A stretch of 64,000 bases of DNA, taken from NCBI GenBank assembly GCA_965205485.1, contig OZ242180.1, forward strand, positions 4,864,001-4,928,000, given 5' to 3'. Position 1 is the first letter of the stretch. Every line of letters begins with the position of its first letter. The position numbers were made by a program, and so were the translations under genes. This document shows positions 39,111-48,070 of this stretch, piece by piece. The notes under the pieces are model-generated. The model had not been told where the DNA came from and made no database searches. It saw nothing but the letters and a program-made list of their open reading frames with translations. The stretch comes from Candidatus Latescibacterota bacterium. GTDB taxonomy: Bacteria > Latescibacterota > UBA2968 > GCA-2709665.

Positions 39111-39248
39111 AAAAAAAGCGCCTAACCTACCAGGCGCCGAAAATTATTGACGAAGTTCCACAGTAACCTGTGGAATAACTTCCGGTTGGGTCACCCTTAT
39201 GTAGATTCAAGGCACTTTTAGAGGTTGAATCCGCAGGATTCAGCCTCC
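39111..39248 (-). ncRNA. Candidate structured small RNA / leader (about 138 nt)
   Basis: Promoter TTGCGT-N17-TATATT (39283-39255), hairpins, terminator GGCGCCUGG-UAGG-UUAGGCGC-U7. Confidence 0.6.
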
Positions 39249-39312
39249 AAGGAAAATATAAGCATTCCGGATTGAAAACGCAAGCGGAACTATGAACATC
39301 GCCCGTGCCGGC

Positions 39313-39341
39313 TTGACTTCCTTCCGTCGCCTGCATACATT
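39313..39341 (+). promoter_or_regulatory. sigma70 promoter for hisN
   Basis: TTGACT-N17-TACATT. Confidence 0.6.
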
Positions 39342-39439
39342 CCAGCCACGAAAGGCCCATCTCAGGCTCATTTCCGCCGTGCGACGGCGGACCACGTCAC
39401 ACGGTCAATGCACCTTGCAGTACAGAGAAAGGAACGCCC

Positions 39440-40210
39440 ATGGCAGAGCCTTCTCTCCAGGATCTTCTGGCCTTCAGCACCCACGCGGCCTGGCAGGCCG
39501 GGCGCATTACCCTTCGCTACTTTCAGACCGGCGTCCAGGTTGACAGGAAATCGGACGACAGCCCCGTTACCGAAGCCGACCGGGCCGCGGAGCGCAGGAT
39601 CGCCGGGCTGATACAGGGCCGTTTTCCGGATGATGCCATCGTCGGAGAAGAATTCGGCGACCGGGACGGCCGGACCGGCCGTCGCTGGATTATCGACCCG
39701 ATCGATGGAACGAAGTCCTTCGTCCACGGCGTGCCGCTCTACGGCGTGATGATCTGCGTGGAGATCGACGGCGTCCCGTCCGTTGGCGTGGTCCACCTTC
39801 CCGCTTTGAATGAGATGGTCTGCGCCGCCAGGGGCTCGGGCTGCGCGTGGAACGGCCGCCCGGCGAGCGTCTCCACGGTCTCGCGCCTGGAAGACGCCCT
39901 GCTCTGCGCAACCGATTTCGAATCGTTCGCCGAGTTCGGAAGGGATGGCGCGTACAGAAACCTGGCGGGACGGGTCGCTTCCTGCCGGGGATGGGGGGAC
40001 TGTTATGGGCACATCCTCGTCGCCACGGGCCGTGCGGAAATCATGCTGGACCCCATCATGGCCGTGTGGGACTGCGCCGCGTTGCAGCCGATACTGGAAG
40101 AAGCGGGCGGCACGTTTACGGACTGGCGCGGAAACCCCACCATCCGGGGCGGCGAGGCGGTTTCCACCAACGGGGTCCTGTTCGACGAGGTGATGCGGAG
40201 CGTCGCATAG
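39440..40210 (+). CDS. hisN: Histidinol-phosphatase, inositol monophosphatase family
   Basis: KSDDSPVTEAD, GEEFG, WIIDPIDGTKSF, RGWGDCY, WDCAAL. Confidence 0.85.
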   Translation: MAEPSLQDLLAFSTHAAWQAGRITLRYFQTGVQVDRKSDDSPVTEADRAAERRIAGLIQGRFPDDAIVGEEFGDRDGRTGRRWIIDPIDGTKSFVHGVPLYGVMICVEIDGVPSVGVVHLPALNEMVCAARGSGCAWNGRPASVSTVSRLEDALLCATDFESFAEFGRDGAYRNLAGRVASCRGWGDCYGHILVATGRAEIMLDPIMAVWDCAALQPILEEAGGTFTDWRGNPTIRGGEAVSTNGVLFDEVMRSVA

Positions 40211-40276
40211 TTCCGCGTGCAATTCATCCAGGTCTACGCCTGGAAGGCCTCCCGGAAAAACGGGATTCCGGCTTTC

Positions 40277-41773
40277 TCAATAGTAATACCCGAGCATGAT
40301 GCACATCTCGTCGTTCTCGGCCGTGAATCCGAACCGGATGGTGAAGTCCTTGTCGTCGTTTTCGTGGGTGCACTCGAATCGCAGGGTTTGTCCAGCCCTC
40401 ACTTCGAGTGCAGGATTGTACAGATTTGTCACCGGTTCGTCCCACTCATCGCTGCGATAGATCCTTTCATCATCCAGGAAGATATCGAATCGCCGGCCGT
40501 GGCGATGCATGTGCGACGACAGCATGACGAGGTTGACATCTCGTCGAAGGGTCCAGTCGCGGCCGGCGGTCACAGTCTGACCCGGCGGAACCTGGATGGG
40601 GAAGAAGCTCTCAAAGATGGGTTTTGCGGCCACCCTGACGCTGTCGGCGGGCATCGAGTGCAGGTTGACGTAGACTTCGCCGATAAGCGTGTTCTCCCCC
40701 GACGTGTTCACGAAATGAGAGTTCAATTCGTAGACCGCATCGGCAGGCATCGGGATCGCGATGCCGTCCGGAAAATCGAATACCGCCTCTGGCGACTGGC
40801 TGCCCACGACAAACCTTTTCCGGAAGATACCGAGCGCCTCGACCGGATCCAGATCGCGAATTCCCGGAGGGGGCGGGTTATCGTTGGTCGACTGATAGAG
40901 GATGAAGTGATGGCTGCCTTCCGGTTGGAACACTTCGATTTTGTTCACCATCAGGTCTTCCGCGACCCTCAGCCGCGTCGTCGAGAAAATCTCCCGTTCC
41001 GACCGCGGCGCGATCGCAAAGGGTTTCAGGTGAAGCTGTATGCCCCGCGCGGGCGGCGCCGGCGGCTGAAAATAAAACTCCGTATTGTGCAGGATCCGAT
41101 CCAGGTCGGGCGCATCCGGCACAACGCTGTCGCGGGGCGCCCCGGCCGCGATCCACGCCCGGATCGCATCGATCGCGACACCGCTCAGGCTGGAATACGA
41201 CCTGGGCATCCGATCGCCGTACCCCACACCGGAACCGGTCAGCTTCGTCATCAGAAAACTCTTTCCGGGATCCCCTGCCGTGACCAGCAGCATCCCCTCC
41301 TCCCGCGCCTTCGCGTTCTGCGGCACCCGCCCTACGAGCTGCTCGTATGCCACGTCGGGTTCAAGCGAAAGTCCCGCGGCAGCCCAGGCCGAGCTGTGGC
41401 AGGAACTGCTGATGCAGCTCTCATTGAAAATATGGTCCTGTATCGCCTCGAACGTGGAGCGGACGCCGCCGACGCCGGTCTCTCCCTCTTCGTGGGTGAC
41501 CTTGCCGAAGTCCCCCGCAAACTGCAGGAAGTCCTCGAAGTCCACCCGCCCGTCGTCGTTCAGATCGAACCGGACGTTCGTGGAACCGTACGCTTCGGCG
41601 AACAGCAGGAAATCCGAAAATCCAACCTGCCCGTCCCCGTCGAAATCCGCCCCGAGACTGTGGGACAGGGCCGCAATGGGAATCAGCAGGAAAACCGTTG
41701 CGGCCAGGGTGATGCGACGACGCAAATCCAGTCGCCGTCGAACAATCTGCTTATGATGTGCTCTCCGAATCAT
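40277..41773 (-). CDS. Exported EF-hand/dockerin + cytochrome-c-like + Cu type II (PHM/DBH-like) monooxygenase fusion
   Basis: DFDGDGQVGFSDF and DLNDDGRVDFEDF; CISSSCH...RMP...WIAAGA; GSHHF, NSHF, SHMH, DEMC; start uncertain. Confidence 0.75.
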   Translation of the reverse strand: MIRRAHHKQIVRRRLDLRRRITLAATVFLLIPIAALSHSLGADFDGDGQVGFSDFLLFAEAYGSTNVRFDLNDDGRVDFEDFLQFAGDFGKVTHEEGETGVGGVRSTFEAIQDHIFNESCISSSCHSSAWAAAGLSLEPDVAYEQLVGRVPQNAKAREEGMLLVTAGDPGKSFLMTKLTGSGVGYGDRMPRSYSSLSGVAIDAIRAWIAAGAPRDSVVPDAPDLDRILHNTEFYFQPPAPPARGIQLHLKPFAIAPRSEREIFSTTRLRVAEDLMVNKIEVFQPEGSHHFILYQSTNDNPPPPGIRDLDPVEALGIFRKRFVVGSQSPEAVFDFPDGIAIPMPADAVYELNSHFVNTSGENTLIGEVYVNLHSMPADSVRVAAKPIFESFFPIQVPPGQTVTAGRDWTLRRDVNLVMLSSHMHRHGRRFDIFLDDERIYRSDEWDEPVTNLYNPALEVRAGQTLRFECTHENDDKDFTIRFGFTAENDEMCIMLGYYY

Positions 41774-41806
41774 GTATATCGCCTGTGTCGAGCCTGTCGA
41801 AGCCAC

Positions 41807-42550
41807 TCAGTTTTCCGTCGATCCGTATTCTCGCCTCGCCCGCTCCAGGGTCTCGGGATTTCCGATATCGATCGCCGTTCCGCGAAGCCTGTGCGCATAC
41901 ACGGGTTCCACGTGACAGAGCCATTCCACGAAGTGGCCGGGCGCATCCGGCGTCCGGCCGCTCTCGATGTATTCGTCGAACCGCTTCAACGTGGATGCCG
42001 GGTAGACGTAAAAAGCGGCCGAACCCCATGACGACGCCGGGATTTCGGGCTTTTCGTCGAACTGTAACACCCGGTCCTCCGCATCCAGAACTGCGATGCC
42101 GCGTCGGCGGCGGTCCTCCGGGTCGTCCACGTGACAGACGCAGATGTGGGCTGCCGGATTGGCGCGGAAGTCCGCCACCAGATCCTTCAGGCGAAACCGA
42201 AACAGATTGTCGGAGCCGCATACCAGGACGTCATCTGAAATATCCCGTGTCCGAATGGCGAACCGGATGTCCCCGACCGCACCCAGGCGGTTCTCGTTGG
42301 ACGTGGTCCCGTCGTCGATCACGTCGACGTCCAGGCGGCCGTTTCGTCCGGCCGCCCACCGCTCGTAATGGCCCGCGAACCGGTTGTTGGTTACCAGATA
42401 TACCCCATCGACGTCCGGAACGGTCTCGATCTGGTCCATCAGATAGTCCACGATCGCGCGCCCGCCCACCTTGAGCAGCCCCTTCGGAAAATTCAGGGTC
42501 AGGGGGTACAGCCGGGTGGCGTAACCCGCCGCAATGACGATCGCTTTCAT
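41807..42550 (-). CDS. Sugar-phosphate nucleotidyltransferase family
   Basis: MKAIVIAAGYATRLYPLT..PK, RLGAVGD, FDEKP, DIGN. Confidence 0.9.
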   Translation of the reverse strand: MKAIVIAAGYATRLYPLTLNFPKGLLKVGGRAIVDYLMDQIETVPDVDGVYLVTNNRFAGHYERWAAGRNGRLDVDVIDDGTTSNENRLGAVGDIRFAIRTRDISDDVLVCGSDNLFRFRLKDLVADFRANPAAHICVCHVDDPEDRRRRGIAVLDAEDRVLQFDEKPEIPASSWGSAAFYVYPASTLKRFDEYIESGRTPDAPGHFVEWLCHVEPVYAHRLRGTAIDIGNPETLERARREYGSTEN

Positions 42551-42782
42551 CTACCTCTCCGTGCCGGAGCTCGACGATACAACGAACGGATCTCAGACGA
42601 TACGCTGACGCAACCGCGCCGTCACCCCTCCTGTTTGTTCATCGGCCTGGCCGAAATCTGCTGACATTCAGGACCGGGTTAATTATATATAGGAAAGATT
42701 GCAGGGGCAAGGGATTATCCGGAAAAACGCCCGTGCCGGTCATATCCTGAATGCGCGATTCGCCCCATCCAGGAGACGTGCG

Positions 42783-43616
42783 ATGACGCCTTCCGAACTG
42801 ACGGACCGCTTGAAGCCTGCCTGCCCCGCACTTGACGTCCACGTGCATCCGCTGGACTGTTTCGGTCTCTACAGGATCGCCGACGCCAGCGAAGACGCAC
42901 GCCTCATTATCGACTCCGCCGCGCGCGCGGGGGTGGAAAAGATGTGCCTGTTCTCACTTTACACAACCTGCCCTAGAGAGCCGTCGGTTGAAGAGTTCAG
43001 GCAGGCAAACGACTACGCACTCTCCATGCGGGACCTGGCGCCGGATATCTTCATCCCCTTCTGCTACGTGAATCCGATGTACCCCGCGGAGTCCGTTGCG
43101 GAAATAGACCGCTGCATCGAAAGCGAGCGTATGGGCGGAATCAAGCTGTGGGTCGCGCGCCGCGCCACCGATCCGGGCCTGGACCCCATCCTGGGACGCG
43201 CGGTACAGTTCGGTGTTCCTGTCCTGCAGCACGCGTGGATCAAGACGGACGGCAATCTTGTGGGCGAATCCTTTCCGGCCGACGTGGCTCACCTGGCGCG
43301 GCGCCACCCGGACGCGAACATCATCATGGCTCACATGAATGGCTGCGGCCTTGCCGGCATGGAAGACGTGGCGGACTGTCCGAACATCTACGTCGATACG
43401 TCCGGAGGAGACCCGGACAGCGGTATCGTCGAAGCGGCCGTATCGACCATCGGACCCGATCGCATCGTCTACGGCTCCGACGCTCCGATCCGCCATTTCG
43501 GCGTGCAACTCGGCAAGACGCTCGGAACCGATCTTCCGGAAGCGGTCAAGAAAGAGATCCTCTGGAACAACACCGCCCGCCTCCTGCCGGCGTGGTCCGG
43601 CGTCCGGACACTCTGA
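42783..43616 (+). CDS. Amidohydrolase_2 family protein
   Basis: LDVHVHP, GIKLW, PVLQH, IMAHM, YVDTSG, YGSD; AGGAG SD. Confidence 0.88.
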   Translation: MTPSELTDRLKPACPALDVHVHPLDCFGLYRIADASEDARLIIDSAARAGVEKMCLFSLYTTCPREPSVEEFRQANDYALSMRDLAPDIFIPFCYVNPMYPAESVAEIDRCIESERMGGIKLWVARRATDPGLDPILGRAVQFGVPVLQHAWIKTDGNLVGESFPADVAHLARRHPDANIIMAHMNGCGLAGMEDVADCPNIYVDTSGGDPDSGIVEAAVSTIGPDRIVYGSDAPIRHFGVQLGKTLGTDLPEAVKKEILWNNTARLLPAWSGVRTL

Positions 43617-43691
43617 CCGATCGCGCCAGGGTCCGGAACGGCGTGCCTGAATCGCGCGAATCGAAATCGATATGCGCCAGGGAGAACTGAC

Positions 43692-44444
43692 ATGATTGTC
43701 GACATCAACGCCTACACCGGACACTGGCCCTCCCATCCTGTCGAAGGGGCCCTTGACTCCGTTCGCGCCTCCCTCAGGGAATACGGCGTGGAACGCATGT
43801 GCGTTTCGCCCCTGGACGCCGCGTGGTGCCGCAACCCGCACCGGTTCAACGACAGTCTCTACGCCGCATCGGTCGTGACGGACGACATCTGGCCCGTACC
43901 CGTTCTGGATCCGACCATCGCCACCTGGCGCGACGAACTCCAGCGTGCGGAAGCGCAGCCCCGGGTCCGCCTGGTCAAACTCCTTCCCGCCTATTGCGGA
44001 TACGATCTGGACTTCGCGTCCGGCTTGTTCGCGGCCCTCGCACGCGCCGGTCTCGGCGTCATCGTGCAGACGAGGCTCGAAGACCCGCGAAGGCAGCATC
44101 CACTCGCCCAGGTACCCGACGTCCCCGCGGCCGAAATCGCGGACGCCGCAAAGCGCCACCCCGGCCTTCTCACCATCATCGGAGGGCCGCGCACGGGTGA
44201 AATCAGGGGGCTTAGAGACAGGATTCTGGAGCTACCCAACCTCTACGCGGACGTCTCCCAGTCGGACGGGATGGATGCCGTCAAGGTGCTGGTGGATGAC
44301 GGGCTGAAAGACAAACTGCTGTTCGGCTCTCATGCGCCGCTCTTCATCCCCTATTCAGCGATTTCGCGTGTCGTCACCGATCTCTCCGACGACGACGCGG
44401 CCGCCATCCTCGGGGGGAACGCCGGACGAATCGTCAACTGGTAA
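43692..44444 (+). CDS. Amidohydrolase-fold protein with degenerate metal site
   Basis: VDINAYTGHWP (no HxH), KLLPAY, LLFGSHAPLF, ILGGNA. Confidence 0.78.
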   Translation: MIVDINAYTGHWPSHPVEGALDSVRASLREYGVERMCVSPLDAAWCRNPHRFNDSLYAASVVTDDIWPVPVLDPTIATWRDELQRAEAQPRVRLVKLLPAYCGYDLDFASGLFAALARAGLGVIVQTRLEDPRRQHPLAQVPDVPAAEIADAAKRHPGLLTIIGGPRTGEIRGLRDRILELPNLYADVSQSDGMDAVKVLVDDGLKDKLLFGSHAPLFIPYSAISRVVTDLSDDDAAAILGGNAGRIVNW

Positions 44445-44455
44445 CGGGCTTTACC

Positions 44456-45292
44456 GTGAACCTGACCACGTTGAGAGAGAGACTCAAGCCGCCCTGCGAC
44501 GTGCTGGACGTGCACGTCCACCCGCTCGGCACGGGCGCGGCATCCGTAAAGGCCGACGCCAGCAGGATCCTGGACGCCGCCGGACGCGCGGGCATCACGA
44601 AGATGTGCATCTTTCTGCTGCATCCCGAATCGGGCGCCGGCAGCCGCCTCCATGAGCCGGCGATGCGACACTGCCGGGACGGCAACGACTACAATCTGCG
44701 GATGCGCGATCAGGCCCCGGACGCCTTTCTTCCGTTCTGCTACGTCAATCCCGCCTGGCCCGACGCTTCCGTCGACGAGATCGACCGGTGCATCGTTGCA
44801 GAGCGCATGTGCGGAATCAAGCTGTGGGTGGCGCGCCGGGCGACCGATGCCGGCCTGGATCCGATTATGCGGCGCGCCGTCGACCTCGGCGTGCCCGTTC
44901 TGCAGCACGCGTGGGACAAGACCACCGGAAACCTGCCTGGCGAGTCCTTTCCGCACGACGTGGCCGACCTGGCGCGCAGGCACTCCGACGCCAGAATCAT
45001 CATGGCCCACCTCAACGGGTGCGGGCTCCGTGGAATCGAGCACGTCGCGGACTGCCAGAACCTGGTGGTGGACACCGGCGGCGGGGATCCTGAGACCGGT
45101 ATCGTCGACGCCGCCGTTGGCGCGCTGGGAGGCCGTCGCGTCGTCTTCGCGTCGGACCTGCCGGTCCGCCTGTTCGGCCAATGTCTCGGGAAAACCCTGG
45201 GCGCCGATCTTTCCGATGCAACCAAAAGGGACATCCTCTGGAACAACGCCGCCAGGCTCCTTCCCGAGTGGGCCGGTGTCAAGCCGCAGTGA
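44456..45292 (+). CDS. Amidohydrolase_2 family protein (paralogue of 42783..43616)
   Basis: LDVHVHP, GIKLWVARRATD, IMAHLNGCG, FASD. Confidence 0.88.
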   Translation: MNLTTLRERLKPPCDVLDVHVHPLGTGAASVKADASRILDAAGRAGITKMCIFLLHPESGAGSRLHEPAMRHCRDGNDYNLRMRDQAPDAFLPFCYVNPAWPDASVDEIDRCIVAERMCGIKLWVARRATDAGLDPIMRRAVDLGVPVLQHAWDKTTGNLPGESFPHDVADLARRHSDARIIMAHLNGCGLRGIEHVADCQNLVVDTGGGDPETGIVDAAVGALGGRRVVFASDLPVRLFGQCLGKTLGADLSDATKRDILWNNAARLLPEWAGVKPQ

Positions 45293-45350
45293 GCGTCGGC
45301 CAGATGGGAGCGCCTCGTGGCCGGGCAGACCGTTAGACGAAAGGTGTAAC

Positions 45351-46073
45351 GTGCGGAAAAAAGAAATCCTCATCACAGGCGCGGCCGGAAGAATCGGACG
45401 GGTCCTGCGAGAGGGATTGAAGGAAGACTACCGCCTCAGACTGCTCTATCACAACACCGTTCTCCCGGCACGTCCCGGCGAAGAGGTGCATGTTTCCAGC
45501 ATTACCGATATGGATCGGGTCATCGCGGCGGTGAAGGGCGTGGACGCCGTGGTCCACATGGCCGGGAATCCCAACGGGAGCGCTTCTTTCGAAGAAATCC
45601 TCGAAGCGAATATCCGTGGAACCTACACCGTTTACGAGGCGGCCCGCCGAAACGACGTCGACCGCGTCGTGTTCGCCAGCAGCAACCACGTGACCGGGTA
45701 TTACGAAAAGAACGGCATCGGTACCACGACCGAGGTGAACGCGCGGCCGGACAGCTTCTACGGGGCCAGCAAGGCGTACGGCGAGGACCTGGGGCGGTAC
45801 TACGCGGATGCATTCGGGCTATCGGTGATCTGCCTGCGGATCGGATCCTTTCAGCCCGCCGACTCGGTCATCAACCGCACGAGCGACAGGATCCTCGCGT
45901 CCTGGCTCAGCCACCGCGATACCGTTCAACTCGTGCGTTGCAGCATCGAGACCGGCGTCCGTTTCGGCATCTATTACGGCATATCGAACAATACGCGCGC
46001 GTACTGGGACCTCCGAAACGCCCGTGAGGAACTCGGGTACGCCCCTGAAGACGACGCGGAGACCTACGCCTGA
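45351..46073 (+). CDS. Uronate dehydrogenase-like NAD-dependent oxidoreductase
   Basis: ILITGAAGRIG, FASSNHVTG, RPDSFYGASK, CLRIGS, WLSHRD. Confidence 0.85.
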   Translation: MRKKEILITGAAGRIGRVLREGLKEDYRLRLLYHNTVLPARPGEEVHVSSITDMDRVIAAVKGVDAVVHMAGNPNGSASFEEILEANIRGTYTVYEAARRNDVDRVVFASSNHVTGYYEKNGIGTTTEVNARPDSFYGASKAYGEDLGRYYADAFGLSVICLRIGSFQPADSVINRTSDRILASWLSHRDTVQLVRCSIETGVRFGIYYGISNNTRAYWDLRNAREELGYAPEDDAETYA

Positions 46074-46120
46074 TGGATGGAACAATAACGGGGCCCCGGG
46101 TTGCCCGGCCGCCGCCGGTT

Positions 46121-46801
46121 TCAGAAATGCCGCTTCGCTTCGGACAGCCCGCCCAGAATGAAATCGGCCTCGGCGTGCCGCTGGCGCGCGGTGAAGAAAT
46201 TCGGCACCGCAAACACGGTCATCCCCGCGGCCTTGCCGGCTCTCACGCCCGCCTCGCTGTCTTCGATTACCGCACACCGGTCCGGTTCGACGTTCATTTT
46301 TCCTGCAGCCATCAGGAAGATGTCCGGCGCCGGTTTCAGCCGTTCCACGTCGCTGCCTGACAGCATCACGTCGAACACCTCGCCCAGGTCATGCACGCCA
46401 TCCATTCTGGACAGCAGGCCGCTGTTCAGCGTCTTCATCATCCGGTCCCGCTGCGTGGACGACGCCAGCGCCAGCGGGTAACCGCGGTTCCCGACGTGCG
46501 CCAAAAGCTCCAAAATTCCCGGTATCAGCAACACCCGGTCGGGATTCGAGATCGCTTTCTCGAATCGATTCATCCAGACCTGGCGGAATTCATCGGGCGC
46601 CACGTCCAACCCGTATCGTTCCACGGCGTACGCGCTGTTTTCCTCGACGGGATGGCCCACGCAGACCGCATAGTCCTCCCGGCTGATTCCGGCGCCGTAA
46701 TCTCCCAGCGTCGCGTTGAACGTCTCGCAGTAAACCGCTTCCGAGCCCACGATCACGCCATCGACATCGAAGATTACGGCATCATAGGTTCGATCCATCA
46801 C
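46121..46801 (-). CDS. HAD family phosphatase
   Basis: IFDVDGV, ASS, KPAPDIF, IEDSEAG. Confidence 0.92.
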   Translation of the reverse strand: MMDRTYDAVIFDVDGVIVGSEAVYCETFNATLGDYGAGISREDYAVCVGHPVEENSAYAVERYGLDVAPDEFRQVWMNRFEKAISNPDRVLLIPGILELLAHVGNRGYPLALASSTQRDRMMKTLNSGLLSRMDGVHDLGEVFDVMLSGSDVERLKPAPDIFLMAAGKMNVEPDRCAVIEDSEAGVRAGKAAGMTVFAVPNFFTARQRHAEADFILGGLSEAKRHF

Positions 46802-47040
46802 GCGACGACCCTAAACGACTCCGCCGACCCGCCTGCGGGAGCGCCGGCAGTGAGAAAGCAAACAAAAAACGGAGCGTTCCCCTTTGGATGCCCCGAACGG
46901 TCGTCAATATTTAAGCGGCGGTGGACGAAGTCAAGGATTTTCCTTGTCTCATGTCCCGGTTTTCCATTATTTCAAATTGCTCGACACAATCCCGTTACGC
47001 CCGACGCCCGGAGCCCGTCTTGTCCCCCAGAGACCCCGAA

Positions 47041-47673
47041 ATGCTGGAAGGCATCCCGCACGCGCCCGCCGACCGGATGCCGCTTTGGCGCGAAGACGGC
47101 CGGACGCTGCAGGTGAACGAGATCTTCTACTCCATAGAAGGTGAAGGCCTGCGCGTCGGGCAGCCAACCACCTTTGTGCGCCTCGCCAGATGCAATCTGC
47201 GCTGCTTCTTCTGCGACACCGAATTCGATACGTACACTGAACTCGATATCGGCGAAATCCTGGCTGAAGTCGGCCGCTACTCCGCCTCCTGGGTCTGCCT
47301 GACCGGTGGAGAACCCCTGGGCCAGAACATCGGACCGCTCTGCCGGGAACTCCGGTCCGGAGATTACCGTATTCACATCGAGACCAACGGCGCGATCGAT
47401 CCGGACCCGGACCTCTACAACCTCATCGAACACTGGACCGTCTCTCCCAAGAGAAAGTCCATCGCCGGTGGTCTACGTTACATTACGGAGCTTAAGTACG
47501 TGGTCGGAAGACACTTCGAGGAGGGCATGGTAGCAGAAGACCGTGCCGAGTATGTCTACCTCCAACCCGAGTCGAGCAAGCCTGAATACATCAGGAAGGC
47601 CCTCGGCATCCTCAAACGGCACCCCGCATGGCGGCTTTCCTGCAGGATCCACAAAATGCTCGACCTCCCGTAA
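47041..47673 (+). CDS. queE: 7-carboxy-7-deazaguanine synthase (radical SAM)
   Basis: EIFYSIEGEG, CNLRCFFCDT, LTGGEP, IETNG, VSPK, LQPE; start uncertain. Confidence 0.9.
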   Translation: MLEGIPHAPADRMPLWREDGRTLQVNEIFYSIEGEGLRVGQPTTFVRLARCNLRCFFCDTEFDTYTELDIGEILAEVGRYSASWVCLTGGEPLGQNIGPLCRELRSGDYRIHIETNGAIDPDPDLYNLIEHWTVSPKRKSIAGGLRYITELKYVVGRHFEEGMVAEDRAEYVYLQPESSKPEYIRKALGILKRHPAWRLSCRIHKMLDLP

Positions 47674-47803
47674 CAACAGCGCAGGCAGCGCAAAAGGAGC
47701 GGCGCGGAGGCGCACGAGCCGTTGCCCGAAACGGCGGTCCCGGCGGGCCGTTCGCGTGCGACGAAATCACATTGAATCGCGCTGCGGAAACAGGAGTTTT
47801 CGC

Positions 47804-47832
47804 TTGACAATGCTTTCAGGATAGTATAAATT
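47804..47832 (+). promoter_or_regulatory. sigma70 promoter upstream of thrS leader
   Basis: TTGACA-N17-TAAATT. Confidence 0.75.
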
Positions 47833-47863
47833 GATCTGATGTTCTAAGTATATGCACATCAAC

Positions 47864-47955
47864 CTACTTGCGGAGGAGTGTCAACGGAAGGGGTCGTTTG
47901 TCACCAGGTGCTTTGCCGAATGCCACGCGCAAGTAGAAGGGTCGCGCGTTTTTTT
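47864..47955 (+). promoter_or_regulatory. Structured leader with overlapping stem and terminator (attenuator-like) or sRNA
   Basis: CTACTTGCG/CGCAAGTAG stem overlaps ACGCGC/GCGCGT-T-run. Confidence 0.45.
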
Positions 47956-48070
47956 ATTATACAGAAGCGAGGTCCGGCGTCCTCGAAGTGCCGGCACTCG
48001 CAATGCGCCCGCGCCGCTCCTTTCCGGAAAGCCGCCCGTTTGTTGTGATTGACGTCTCCGCAGCATCTTC

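Noticed and set aside
39152..39182. DnaA-box-like TTCCACAG/CTGTGGAATAA suggesting oriC
   Set aside because: Imperfect boxes, only two, forming one hairpin of the candidate sRNA; no dnaA/dnaN context
40217..42031. 604-aa plus-strand ORF
   Set aside because: Shadow of the Cu-monooxygenase and nucleotidyltransferase genes
46801..47040. preQ1 riboswitch upstream of queE
   Set aside because: No matching hairpin with A-rich tail found
47852..48052. thrS leader peptide or T-box
   Set aside because: ORF has no Thr run and no T-box antiterminator consensus is present
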